From the human T2T-CHM13v2.0 reference genome, Homo sapiens: a stretch of DNA of 64,000 nucleotides. The stretch is taken from assembly GCF_009914755.1 (NCBI RefSeq), contig NC_060937.1; one strand, written 5' to 3'. Positions 24,881 through 61,073 of the stretch are shown one piece after another; position 1 is the stretch's first letter, and each line of letters starts with the position of its first letter. The notes under the pieces are model-generated. The model was not told the origin of the DNA, ran no database searches, and saw only the letters and a program-made list of their open reading frames with translations. Position numbers and translations under genes: made by a program.

Positions 24881-24992
24881 AAAGGAATCAGTTGCCAGTA
24901 AATTTGGCAACTTATATGACATGGACAAATTTCTTGAAAGACATAAATACCAAAACTGACAAAACAAGAAATTGAAAAGTTAATGGTTATGT

Positions 24993-25433
24993 AGTATAGT
25001 TTGGATATGGTTTGTTTGTCCCCACCAAAGCTTGTGTTGAAATTTGGTCCATGATGTGTGGAGGTGGATACTAGTGGGAGATGTTTAAAACATGGTGGAT
25101 ATCTCATGAATAGCTTGGTGTAGGTCTCCCAGTAGTGCATGCTTACTCTGAGAAGCTGGATTAGTTCCCACATGGATGAATTAGTTCTCATAGAATGGAT
25201 TGTTATAAAGCCCGGATGCACCTCAGATCTTGCTCTCTTCACTTGTATCTGCTTCTCCCTTGAACTTTCTCTACCATTTTAAAACGCAGCCTTCACTAAA
25301 AGCCAAACGGATGCCAGTTTTGTGTTTCTTACACTTCCCAGTCTGCAGAACCATGAGCTAAATAAATCTCTTTTCTTTATAAATTACCCAGACTCAAATA
25401 TTCTGTTACAGCAACATGAAACAGACTAAGACA
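24993..25433 (+). mobile_element. MST-family (MSTB-like) MaLR solo LTR
   Basis: tatagtttggatatggtttgtttgtccccaccaaa ... aataaatctcttttctttataaattaccca ... gactaagaca. Confidence 0.85.
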
Positions 25434-25939
25434 CTCTCTATCTAGTAAAGAATTTGAATTCATAAATATAAACCTTTTCATCTCAATAGAAACAAAAAAA
25501 AGCATTTGACAAAATTTAACTCTTGTTCATGATAAAAACTCTTAGCAAACTAAGAATAAGGCATCTTCCCTATAAGATAAGGAGCATCTACAAAAAAAAA
25601 AAAAAAAACAACAAAAAAAACCCAACTAACATATTACTCAATGGTAAAAGACTAAATAGTTTCTAAGATTGGGAACAAGATAAGGATGTCAGCTCTAACC
25701 ACTTTTATTCAAGATTGTGCTGGAGATCCTAGCCTTGTAGACAGTGCAGTAAGTCAAGAAAAAAAGACAGAAAAAGCGTAAGAATTAATAATTGGTAATG
25801 AATAAAAACATTTGCAAAGGATATGACTAATAGGTAGAAAATCTAAAGGCATCTATGAACTATCCAAAGTAATAAGTATAATTTAGCAAGATAACTAGAT
25901 ACAAGGTAAACATATGAAAACCAACTTTATTTTTGTAAA

Positions 25940-27572
25940 TTTTTTTTTAAGAGACTGGATCTCACTATGTTGCCCAGGCTGGATTCAAACTCATGGGTTC
26001 AAACAACCCTCCCATCCCATGCTCTTGAGTAGCTGGGATTACAGGCATTCCACCACACCTGGCTTCAAATGAAGGTTTTAAAATGCCATTAGCAATAACA
26101 TAGAAAATGGCTTGGAAAAAAAAAACTAACAAAGATGTGAAGAAGGAAGGAAATAACATTGAGCACAGAAAAGAATGACTAGAAATCAAAGAAACAATTG
26201 GAGGCTCAAAAAAACCAAAGGTGGAGGCCGGGCATGGTGGCTCATGCCTGTAATCCCAGGACTTTGGGGACAAACTTTTGGCAAAAAAGAATTTTAAAAG
26301 GCACAAAAGTACAATAGTTGGCATTTTTTAAAGGTGCAAAACTGTAGATATGGTAGGGATTCTTAAAAATTATAAGAGAAGCCGGGGGCAGTGGCTCATG
26401 CCTGTAATCCTAGCCCTTTGGGAGGCTGAGGCAGGTGCCTGAGCTCAGGAGTTTGAGACCAGCCTGGGCAACATGGTGAAACCCTGTCTCTACTAAAATA
26501 CAAAAAATTAGCCGAGCATGGTGGCATGTGCCTGTAATCCAGCTACTCGGAAGACTGAGACAGGAAAACCGCTTGAACCTGGGATGCGGAGGTTGCAGTG
26601 AGCCGAGATCATGCCAGCCTGGGCAACAGAGTGAGACTCCATCTCAAAAAAAAAAAAAAATTATAAGAGAAGTTAGGACTTTAGGTGAAATGGACAATTT
26701 CCTGGAAGGATATAACAACCAAAGTGACTACAGCAGATGCAGCCAGTTGACAATTTCAAATCCGACCTTCTTCCTCTTTTACTATCAGAGCTCTGATTTT
26801 GTTTGGGGTAATAATGTGCCTAGATAAAAGTACTTTCCCAGATTCCTTTGATGCTAGGTGGGTCACAAAGCACGATTTTGGGTGATTGGATAAAAGCTTT
26901 GGCTTCCTCATATAGGTGCCACCTTTTTCTGTTTCATTTTCATTTAATTTTTTTTTTTTTTTTTTTTTTTGAGACAGAGTCTGCTCTGTCACCCAGGTTG
27001 GAGGGCAGTGGCGTGATCTTGACACACTGCAACCTCTGCCTCCCAGTTTCAAGCGATTCATTCCCCTACATCAGCCTCCCGAGTAGCTGGGACTACAGGC
27101 ACATGTCACCATGCCCAGCTAATTTTTGTATTTTTAATAGAGATGAGGTTTTCGCCATATTGGCCATGCTGGTCTGGAACTCCTGATCTCAAGTGATCTA
27201 CCTGCCTTGGCCTCCCAGAGTGTTGGGATTGCAGGTGTGAGCCACCACACCTGGCCCCATAATGCTTTTAAAACTTAAAGGCTTGGCTGAGCACGGTGGC
27301 TCATGCCTGTAATCCTGGCACTTTGGGAAGCCGAGGCGGGTGGATCACGAGGTCAGGAGATCGAGACCATCCTGGCTAACGCAGTGAAACCCCGTCTCTA
27401 CTAAAAGTACAAAAAATTAGCCAGGTGTGGTGGCATGGGCCTGTAGTCCCAGCTACTCGGGAGGCTGAGGCAGGAGAATCGCTTGATCCCAGGAGGCGAA
27501 GGTTGGTTGCAGTGAGCCAAGATGCAGCCACTGCACTCCAGCCCAAGCAAGACTCCCTCACAAAAAAACAAA
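25940..27572. mobile_element. Alu cluster
   Basis: FLAM-like 25940-26063(-), fragment 26226-26270(+), 26380-26661(+, TSD aaaaattataagagaa), 26948-27256(-), 27285-27572(+). Confidence 0.92.
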
Positions 27573-27624
27573 AACTTAGAGGCTCATAATGACTTTCAGG
27601 CTTCAAGGATTAACTATTGATGGC

Positions 27625-28547
<923 letters not shown>

Positions 28548-28549
28548 TA

Positions 28550-29612
<1,063 letters not shown>

Positions 29613-29617
29613 CATAT

Positions 29618-32231
<2,614 letters not shown>

Positions 32232-32283
32232 CATGTGAAAAAAAACTATGAAGAACTTTGAAATATACCAAACAAAAGATGTT

Positions 32284-33691
<1,408 letters not shown>

Positions 33692-33698
33692 TAAAGTA

Positions 33699-34050
33699 CA
33701 GTAGTCCTTTCTTATCTGTGGGCAATCCATTCCAAGACCTCTAGTGGATGCCTGAAACCAGAAATAGTACTGACCCTATATATACTATTTTTTTTTAATC
33801 TGATAACCAAGACAGCTACTAAGTGATTAACAGGTAGGTAGCATATACAGCATGGGATCACTGGACAAAGGGATTATTCACTTCCTGGGCAGGATGGGGC
33901 AAGATGTGAGATTTTAATCACGCTACTCAGAATGGCATGCAATTTACAACTTATGAGTTATTTATTTCTGGAATTTTCCATGTAATATTTTCAGCCTGTA
34001 GGTAACTGAAACAGAAAAAAAACCGAATTACAGATGAGGAGTGACAATTG
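33699..34050 (+). mobile_element. MER44A-like TcMar-Tigger MITE
   Basis: ta|cagtagtcctttcttatctgtgg...ttccaagacc...gtggatgcctgaaacc; decayed right TIR followed by ta (TA target duplication). Confidence 0.8.
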
Positions 34051-34075
34051 TAATTACTATTTGTGTGTTATCTAA

Positions 34076-35061
<986 letters not shown>

Positions 35062-35936
35062 TGATAGAAGTTTATTTCTCTTTTATGTAATAGTTCAGGG
35101 TAGGTGGATGAACTTTGCTCCATGAAGCCATCTTACAGACCCAGCCTGGTTGAGTAACTTTGTTATTCTTAACATATAGCTTGTAAGATTGCTCTCAATT
35201 ATAACATTTAACATGCCAGTATGAAGGAAGGTGAAGAGACAGTGATGGAACACATGTTCAGTATTTTAAGGCACATACCAGGAAGTGGCACACTTTACCT
35301 CCAGGTACTCTCCATTGTTTGCAACAGAATACTGTGTCTAACTCCAAATATTACTGTGGCAAAAGGGGAGAATAGAGTACAGTGGACAATTAGTAGTGTC
35401 TGCAATAATTATTTTAAAATTAAAAATTTCTTTATAATAAAAGACACCATGAAAAAATTGAATGCTCAAACCAAAGACTAGGAGAAACTATTTTGAAGGT
35501 ATATTGATATCAAGAATATATACATAGTTCTACAATCAAATAAACAGACAACCAAATAGAAAAATGATTAGTCATTTCAAAGAAGAGAATCTTGAATGGT
35601 TAATGATACTTACACTTGGCATCAAGGAAATGCAAATTAAGAAATCAGGAGATACTATTTCACATCCATCAGATTGGTAAAAATCAATATATTTGATAGC
35701 CTGAGTTATTAGAGAATGTGGGAAAACTGAAACTTCTTTGGTGTTAATGGGAACACAAGTTGGAACAACCTCTGGAATTTTCAAAGAAATGAGGAAATAC
35801 ATAAAGTGGCATCAACTGCTAGCACCAGCATTTAAGGCAGGAAGTGACAGGCTAACTCTACTGCTTTGTGTAAATGTTTTTGTGCAACTGATTTATAATC
35901 AGGACTGCCCTTATCTATAAAGCTGCTAACCTCTGA

Positions 35937-36276
<340 letters not shown>

Positions 36277-36319
36277 GTGCCAGTCTTTTGGTTGTACAAT
36301 AAGAAGGCTTGGACAGTGA

Positions 36320-37241
<922 letters not shown>

Positions 37242-38254
37242 TCATCATTGTTATAGAAAAAGCTGTAAAAGCCATCAAACCCAAAACAAAAAATTCCTGC
37301 TGGAGAAAACTCTGTCCAGATGTTGTGCATGACTTCACAGGATTTACGACAGAACCAATCAAGGAAATAATGAAAGAGATTGTGGATATGGCCAAAAAAG
37401 GTGGAGCGGGGGGCAAAGGGTTTTAAGATATGGATCTTGGAGGAATTCAAGAGCTAATAGACACCACACCAGAGGAATTAACAGAAGACGACTTGATGCA
37501 GACGAGTGCTTCCGAAATGGTGCCATATGATGAGGTAGACGACATAGAAAAAGGTTCCAATTATTCAAGACTGCTTTTGACTTATTTTACAATGTGGGCT
37601 TTTCTATGATTTGGGTACCTAAAGGAAGGCAAATGGTGGGAGGAGGATTGGTACCATATAGAAGCATTTTTAGAGAAATGAGAAAGCAAACAAGTCAGAC
37701 AAAAATGGATGTATTTCTGTAAAGTTACACCAGGTGTGCATGCCCCTCCTGCTTCCCCTTCCAACTCCTCCACGTCTTCTGCCTCTGCCACCCCGAGAAA
37801 GCAATATCAACCCCTCCTCTTCCTCCTCCTAAGCCTACTCAATGTGATAACTATGGGGGTGAACACATTTATAATGATCCACTTCCACTCAATGAATAGT
37901 AAACATGTTTTCTCTTACTTACAATTGTCTTAACATTTTTTCTAGCTTACTTTATTGTAAGAATGCAGTATATAATACATATAACCTATGAAATATGTGT
38001 TTATGTTATCAATAAGGCTTCTGATCAACAGTAGGGTATTAGTAGAGTTTTTGGGGAGTCAAAAATTATACTTTGATTTTTGACTGCATGGAGAGTTGAT
38101 GCCATGCAAGTCCTGCATTGTTCAAGGGTCAACTGTATTTGTAAATAATTTATACTTAAAAGATTTCAAAGTATTATAGAAATACAATAAACTGTTCAGC
38201 TCTTGAAATGCATTTCATAGGAAGGCTTATAAATTAATGCTTAATGGCTAACTT

Positions 38255-39418
<1,164 letters not shown>

Positions 39419-39421
39419 TTC

Positions 39422-39452
<31 letters not shown>

Positions 39453-39556
39453 ACAAAGTCTTACTACATTGCTCAGGCTGGAGTTCAGTGGCTATTCACA
39501 AGCGCGATCAGCTCTTGAGCCCCAGCGATTCTCCTGCCTCAGTCTCCTGAGTAGTA
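39422..39556 (-). mobile_element. FAM (fossil Alu monomer)/7SL-derived fragment
   Basis: Minus strand GATCGCGCTTGTGAATAGCCACTGAACTCCAGCCTGAGCAA retains the 7SL segment TGTGAATAGCC that dimeric Alu lacks. Confidence 0.75.
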
Positions 39557-39599
39557 ATTTACCTTTATAGTATGAGTAAGTAGGACAAGGCAAGATGAA

Positions 39600-39860
39600 A
39601 TTGATCAGACAAAAGATGAAAGGATGATCACTAATTGAAATAGAGAATTCAGAAGGAGCTGTGGATTTTGGAGGAGAAGATGCATTCAACTTTGAGTGTA
39701 TTAAAATTCGTATTGTAATTCCTTTGGAATATCCTAATGGAGATATCAGGAAGGCAACTGGAAGTATAGTTCTGTTAAGGGGGCAGATCACAGCTAGAGA
39801 AAGAGACTTGAAAGTCACCTGTATGACCATTGACATCATAAAAGTGGATGGGATGCTTCC
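39600..39860 (-). mobile_element. L2 fragment
   Basis: ggaatatcctaatggagatatcaggaaggcaactgga...gctagagaaagagacttgaaagtca resembles antisense L2. Confidence 0.6.
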
Positions 39861-39888
39861 CATCTTGTTGTGTTCTGGATCATGATCC

Positions 39889-42155
<2,267 letters not shown>

Positions 42156-42441
42156 TTAACAACTCAGTAGAAAAATGTAGAAAGTATTTTAACAGTTTCA
42201 GAAAAAGAAATCTTAAGTACGTGAAATGATGTTCAACCTCACTCATGAATTAAAACCCTTTTGAGATGAATCATTTATCACCTATCTTATGTGCAAAAAT
42301 TCTAGAGTTTAATAACACACTTTGTTGGAGAGGTGAGAAAAGGGAAAATAGGTATATTGCTGGTTTAAGAACAAAAAGGTACAAACTTTATTAAGGAAAT
42401 TTGGTTATATATATAGAAACTTTACAGTTACATTTACCTTT

Positions 42442-42994
42442 TGTCTTAGTTTCCTACTGCCTAACAAATTGACACAGACTTAGTGGCTTAAAATAACACA
42501 AATCTATTATTTTACAGTTCTGGAGATCAGAAGTCTAAAATGGGTCTTCACAGATGTGTTCCTTCTGGAGACTGTAGGGAAGCATCTATTTTCTTGTCAT
42601 TTCCAGTTTCTGGAGGCTGCCTGCGTTCCTTGGTTCATGGACCCTTCGTTCATTTTCAAAGGCAGTACTGTGGCATCTTCTCTCCTTTCTGACCTGCCTC
42701 CCTTTCTTTTTTTTTTAAGGTTTTTTTTTTTTTAAATCAATGTTGACCAGGTTGGCCTTGAACATGTAGCCTCGCCTTCCCGAGTGCCAGGGCAACCGGC
42801 CTGAGCCACGGTGGCTCCCCTGCCTCCCTTTCATAAGCACCCTTGTGATTACACTCATATTCAGGGTGGAAGTAAGGAGGTCTTTAAATCAATCACTTCT
42901 TCAGAATTCCTTTTGAATACAAGGTAACATATTCACACTTTGTTGGGATTAGTACATGGACATCTTTTTGGGGAGCATTATTCTGTCTACCACA
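42442..42994 (-). mobile_element. MLT1C/D-type MaLR solo LTR
   Basis: tgtcttagtttcc...cttagtggcttaaaataacac...acagttctggagatcagaagtc...gcattattctgtctaccaca. Confidence 0.85.
42707..42818 (-). mobile_element. ASR/CAS-like (Alu/snaR-related) small Pol III RNA retrocopy
   Basis: Minus strand GGAGCCACCGTGGCTCAGGCCGGTTGCCCTGGCACTCGGGAAGGCGAGGCTACATGTTCAAGGCCAACCTGGTCAACATTGATTT-A13-CCTT-A10; 14-bp TSD cctgcctccctttc; 5' end matches recalled snaR (GGAGCCATTGTGGCTCAGGCCGGTTGC). Confidence 0.8.
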
Positions 42995-43334
42995 TCCTTT
43001 GACTTAGCATATCCACTTCTAGGAATCTATCATGCAGATATATCTGCATATACGAGGATATCTTAGTGGCATTGCTTATAATAAAAGATTGGAAACAATT
43101 CAAGGTGTCCAGCAATAGGGGACTAGTTAAATAAGCAGCGGTATATCCACAAAATACAGTGCTAAGCAGCTGTAAAAGAGAATGAGGACGATCTCAGGGT
43201 ACTAATACATAGAGAGATCTCTGGGATGTACTGAAAGTGAACAAAGCATGGAGGTGACCAGTTTATATATTAAGCTATCTTTTGTATAAGAGGAAAATAC
43301 CATTTGCTTGTGTTATATAAAGAAATACTGAGTT

Positions 43335-46150
<2,816 letters not shown>

Positions 46151-46474
46151 TTATGCTGTATTTTTCAGAGCTTTCTTTTCTTAGTTTTGATAAAGGAATT
46201 AAATTTTTTTCCTTCATGGGCAAGAATTGTGTATGATATATATTTTGAATTGCTCACAGTACTTTACATTCAATACACAATTATTATTGGCAATGATATA
46301 AATGCTAGTGATCCTTTCCATTAGATTATATATTAAATAATTTTCTTTTTTATTATTCCCTAATTTTTTTATTTTGTAACTTTTCAAACATACTAACAGC
46401 TTTAAAAAGTAGTAAAATGAACACCTCCAACTAAATTAAACAACTGTTAACATTTTGCCACATTTGCTTTGTAC

Positions 46475-46540
46475 TTCTCTTTCTCTCTCTCTGTATATAT
46501 ATAGACCTTAGCACTATATATATATATATATAGACCTTAG

Positions 46541-46593
<53 letters not shown>

Positions 46594-46612
46594 TACACAC
46601 ACACACACACAC
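46475..46612. repeat. Compound (CT)n-(TA)n-(CA)n microsatellite with duplicated gaccttagcac spacer
   Basis: tatatatagaccttagcactatata occurs twice in tandem. Confidence 0.92.
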
Positions 46613-46631
46613 AATTCATGTATGTAACAAG

Positions 46632-46927
46632 TTTTTGAGACAGGCTGTCACTCTGTTGCCGAGCCTGAAGTGCAGTGGCATGATCATAGCTCACTGTAGC
46701 CTCAAACTCCTGGGCTCAAGTGATCCTCCTGCCTCAGCCTCCTGAGTAGCTGGAACTACAGGTATATGCCACCACACCTACCTAGTTTAGTTTTATTTTT
46801 TGTAGAGACAGGGTCTCACTATGTTGCCCAGGCTGATCTTGAACTCCTGGTTCTCAAGCACCTTGAGTCTTTCCACCTTGGCCTCTCAAAGTGTTGGGAT
46901 TACAGGCATGAGCCACTGCTCCTGGCC
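46632..46927 (-). mobile_element. AluJ
   Basis: atcatagctcactgtagcctcaaactcctgggctcaag AluJ signature. Confidence 0.9.
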
Positions 46928-47018
46928 TATATAGCAATTTATAGATACACACACATAGAGTAACTATGTGTTTGTATGTTTGTATACATGTATATATACA
47001 GCATATATATATATGCAT

Positions 47019-47368
47019 AGTCATGCATCATTTGACAGGGATGTGTTCTGAGGAATGTGTCATTAGGCAATTTCATTGTGCAAACATGGTAGAGTATACC
47101 TATAGAAACTGAGATGGTATGGCCTGATATACACCTAGTCTACAAACCTATACAGCATGTTACTGTACTGAATACCTTAGGCAATTGTAACACAATAGTA
47201 TTTGTGTATCTAAACATAGTTAAACATAGAAAAGGAGATGCGTTGCACTATGATGTTATGATGGCTAGAACATCACTAGGCAACATAAAATTTTCAGTTC
47301 CATTATAATCTTATGCGACCACTATCATATATGTGGTCCATAATTGACTGAAACATCATTATGTAGAG
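47019..47368 (-). mobile_element. Tigger3a (MER7/Golem-derived) MITE
   Basis: agtcatgc terminus; aaattttcagttccattataatcttatgcgaccactatcatatatgtggtcc matches antisense Tigger3a as recalled. Confidence 0.75.
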
Positions 47369-47436
47369 GCTAATTAGTGTGTGTGTGTGTTTGTGTACGT
47401 GTGTGTGTGATTGTGTGTGCATAAAAAAGCTTTTTG

Positions 47437-50000
<2,564 letters not shown>

Positions 50001-50094
50001 CTAAACATGCATTTAACTGTCTTATTTGGCTTGTCCTGGTGTGGAGTTGATTCATATTTATAGGCTCAAAATCAGAAGACACCTCCATCTAGAT

Positions 50095-50352
50095 TAGTGC
50101 TTCTCAACTGGGGGAGGTTTTGCCCCTCAGTGATAGTGTTTCTCAACTGGGGGTAGTTTTACCCCTCAGTGAACATTTGGCAATGTCTGGAGATATTTTT
50201 GGTTGTCACAACTTGGAGGTAGGGGTGCTACTGGTATCTAGTGGGTAGAGGCCCGGGATGCTGCTACACATCCTCCAGTACACAGGGCAGCCCCCTACAG
50301 CAAATAATTATCCTGCCCAGAATGTCAGTAGTTCCACTAGTGAGAAACCTTA
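50095..50352 (+). mobile_element. MER20 (hAT-Charlie) with tandemly duplicated left end
   Basis: ttctcaactggggg...catttggcaatgtctggagatatttttggttgtcacaact...tgagaaacc; 8-bp TSD atctagat/atctagac. Confidence 0.9.
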
Positions 50353-51579
50353 ATCTAGACATTGGATTAAGCTTCTTTCTCACACGCAGTTCATTGGCCT
50401 TTTTGGAGATGCTAGTAAAGTTTTAGAAATTATCTTCAGAAGTAGAAACCAAGCAGATGTTAGAGTCCATCAAAATCTTCCCATAATTCAAACCAGGCAG
50501 ATTTTTACTACCCACCTGTTCTGTTTTTCCATTTCCTTTATATATGTCCTCTCGATGTAAGGATTTAAATTGCTTTTCTCTACTGTCAATAAACAAATAC
50601 ATCACGAAAGGATTAAAAAACAGAATTAACACATCTAAGCATTTTGGTCCGATTTTGTGTTTCCTAGAAGATTTTGGAATGTCATCTTAATAGCCCCAGA
50701 GCCAGAGAAGAGAAAATGGGGAAAAATAAATATCAAGTTAAGAATTTACCATTACAAAAATGGCCCAGAGAGAGTGACCAGAGTTCAGGAAGGGGCAGGA
50801 GAGTGCAGAGGGCATTTCCACTCTCACACCTGTAAGTTATTAATGACCTTTGAAGTGATTGTTGATGGAAGCACTTGTACATTTGAGCTGCTTCATATGT
50901 ATACGTAGTGTATTCAGAGAACTGCCTAGCTTCTGGAGCCCTGAAATATCTTCGAGCTGAATCAGAGATCAAACAGTAAAATCCATGACTTGGGAATATC
51001 GTATAGCCATGTGACATGTGGAAGGACCGAGAGTGTGAGAACCAATGCCTAAATAACTACACTGTATATCTTTAACTCCAAGAGACTTAGCATTGCTTTG
51101 ATAACTTTTAAAATAGCAGTCTCAGAAAATAATGTCCTAGAGTTTCAAGAAAATATAGTAAGATATAACACTTTATACATTTATTTTGCGTGTAAATGCC
51201 TAAGCTTAGAAGATTAGAACCTAATTACCTTATTTTCATTCAAATTGTCACTAGATAGCTTGTACAACATTTGCTCCTTTTATGTTTTGAATTCCCACGA
51301 CAAGGACATTGCCTTTCCTGTTGAGAGCTGAGTCAACAATTTTGTTTGCATTTAACAAAGACGGAATCACTTCAAGTCTAATTTTCTCTGTATACTAGGG
51401 AGTTAGCACATGAATGCATTCATCAACTACAGTTTCATTTTTAGAGGAAGCAGCAAAATACCCAGGTTTGTGACTTCAATTTTTATTTTTCTCTATTAAT
51501 ATTTTAAGAGTTATTTTTCATACTTTTTCACTAACATATCTTTCTAACTTGAAACAGCTGTTGACATGACATGGTATGA

Positions 51580-55780
<4,201 letters not shown>

Positions 55781-56242
55781 GAGAGAGAAGGGCTGCCTTG
55801 CAGCTTGGAGGTGGAACAGAGGAGAGTTACTAGTAGATTGGAATTAGCCTGTTATTCCAGAGTTTGTTAGGCAACGAGTGCTTAAGTGTTTCCCATGAAC
55901 CAGATGTCATGGGAATTCTTACTTAATTAAAAGTCCCATAGTTGGTTTGAATCACAAACATAGTCTCAATTTCATTTTAAATAAAAATGTCACCTAGGCT
56001 GGAGTGCAACATCTGTCCCATGAAAAGACAGCCTGTTTCGGGCCATTTCATAATCTGACTCAAAGGCCACTGAAAGGGTGAACAGGCCTAGCAGGGGAGA
56101 AGCTGGCAGAAACTCACTGAATTCCTAGTGGTTAGGAATGAATAAGGTCCTTGAAATAGAGTGCATTTTTTTCTGTTCAAGGGAACTGCAGGTGAGAGTC
56201 TGACGATGATTTGTGGGAGACATCTCCTAAGAACCTATAAAG

Positions 56243-56567
56243 CAGTGGTCTCCAACCTTTTTGGAGACGATTTTTCCATGGATGGGGTGGGTGAGGGGTG
56301 GGGGGATGATTTCAGGATGAAACTGTTCCACCGCAGATCGTCAGGCATTAGATTCTCATAGGTAGCACACAACCTAGATCACTCACATGTGTAGGTCACA
56401 ATAGTGTTTGCACTCCTATGAGAATCTAATGCTGCTGCTGATCTGACAGAAGGTGAAGCTCAGGAGGTAATGCTCTCCTGCCTTCTGCTCACCTCCTGCT
56501 GTGTGGCCTGGTTCCTAACGGGCCACTGACAGAGAGCAGTCTGCCACCCAGGGGTTGGGGACCTCTG
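56243..56567 (-). mobile_element. MER1B (hAT-Charlie), both ends intact
   Basis: TIRs cagtggtctccaacc / ggttggggacctctg and perfect 8-bp TSD ctataaag. Confidence 0.92.
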
Positions 56568-57213
56568 CTATAAAGGACTCCAAAAGAGAAAGAGTCAGCT
56601 TTCAATTTCTGCAAGCCCAGAAAGCATGAAACCATCTCATGACCTTATGGGTAGAATAAGAACATTGCTGTCCTCCTCTGTGTGGAGAAGGCCAGGTCAG
56701 AAAGAGAGGTTAATAAAATCACAGTAGGCAGGGTAGCAGCTTGAGGGGAGAAAGGACCGTGTTCCCTTCTGGCACTAACGGGCTTACCCCACTGCAGACC
56801 CCATCCGTGGGAGAGGACAAGATCTACCTTCAATTAACTTTGCAGCGCATTATTTTATGGGATCAAACATTTTTATTTAAAATGAAATTGAGACTACGTT
56901 TGTGAATCAAACTAACTACGAGACTTTTAATCACGTAAGAATGATCTGAAAAGTCATGCCACTCCTTGAGTATTCATTGAGGGGCAGAGTAAAAACATAT
57001 CTGGATAAATTGTATTTATTTACTTGTTTGAAGAATTTATTCATAGTGCATTACATGACCCAAAATAAAAATGATATGAAAAGTATGCATTATGAGAAAT
57101 CTCCTCACATCTGTATCCATCCACCCAATTGTACTTCTCCTCTTACAGGTAAACCTTACATGTTTAATGTTTGTTGTTCTAATATTTCTTTAGGCAAATA
57201 CAAGGAAATATGA

Positions 57214-59689
<2,476 letters not shown>

Positions 59690-59801
59690 TAGTCTTTACA
59701 ATTGTTCTGTGGGAGGTTAGTCCAATCCAAGCTATTTGATCATGGTCAGAAACAGAAGACCCCCGTTTCTCTTTATTTCTAATAGTAGAATGAAAGATAC
59801 T

Positions 59802-60204
59802 TGTGTTAGGTCATTCTTGCATTGCTATGAAGAAATACCTGGGACTGGGTAATTTATAAAGAAAAGGGGTTTAATTGGCTCATGGTCTGCAGGCTGTACA
59901 GGAAGCATGGTTCCAGCCTTTGCTTGGCTTCTGGGGAGGTCTCAGGAAACTTTCACTCATGGAGGAAGGTGAAGTGGGAGCAGACATGTCACATGACCAG
60001 AGCAGAAGCAAGGGGAGGCAGGGAGGTGCCGCACACTTTTAAATGACCAGATCACAATAACTCACTCACTATCACAAAGACAGCACCAAGCCACGAGGAA
60101 TCCTCTCCCATTATCCAAACATCTCCCACCAGGCCCCACCTCCAGCATTGGGGATTACAATTCAACATGAGATTCGGGTGGGGATGAATATCCAAACTAC
60201 TTCA
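59802..60204 (-). mobile_element. MSTB-type MaLR solo LTR
   Basis: tgtgttaggtcattcttgcattgctatgaagaaatacctg...gattacaattcaacatgagatt...atccaaactacttca. Confidence 0.88.
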
Positions 60205-60437
60205 GTATCTCGTAAGTATTAATAAGCAGTTGAGGGAGATATAATATTTCCTTTGACCCTGAACTCTTATAATATCTAAAATTATCATGGATAATAAACT
60301 TCTTTTAATCTCTTAAGGGAACCTGAGTTACAAGGGAAAATATCTATTTATTTGCTTATTCTAAGGGGAACACCAGTTGAAATATTAGAAGAGTAAAGTG
60401 TGGGCCTGAGGGATGAGTGGAAAGTGTCTTAACATCA

Positions 60438-60786
<349 letters not shown>

Positions 60787-61073
60787 TTATAATTTCACTC
60801 TTTACCAGATGTGTGATGCAGACAAGGTAGTGAATTTGAGGTAGAGTCAAGGAAGGTCACACAATGGATTTTGTTTTTATATTAAATAGAGGACTGCATC
60901 GCGTTAGAAAGTGGTTCAGATTGGTGTGTCTTATCCAGCTTTTATATTGTATTGGTGACAGAGTATGTATATCGTTAACGAAAAAAACGCAAACTCTGTA
61001 AAATATTCAAAGAGGATTATTCTGAGCCAATACAAATGACCATGGCCTGGGGAATGGTCTCCAGAAGTCCTGT

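Noticed and set aside
50360-51050. Possible ASNS pseudogene recalled near this locus
   Set aside because: No ASNS-like sequence could be recognised here; it may lie outside the window
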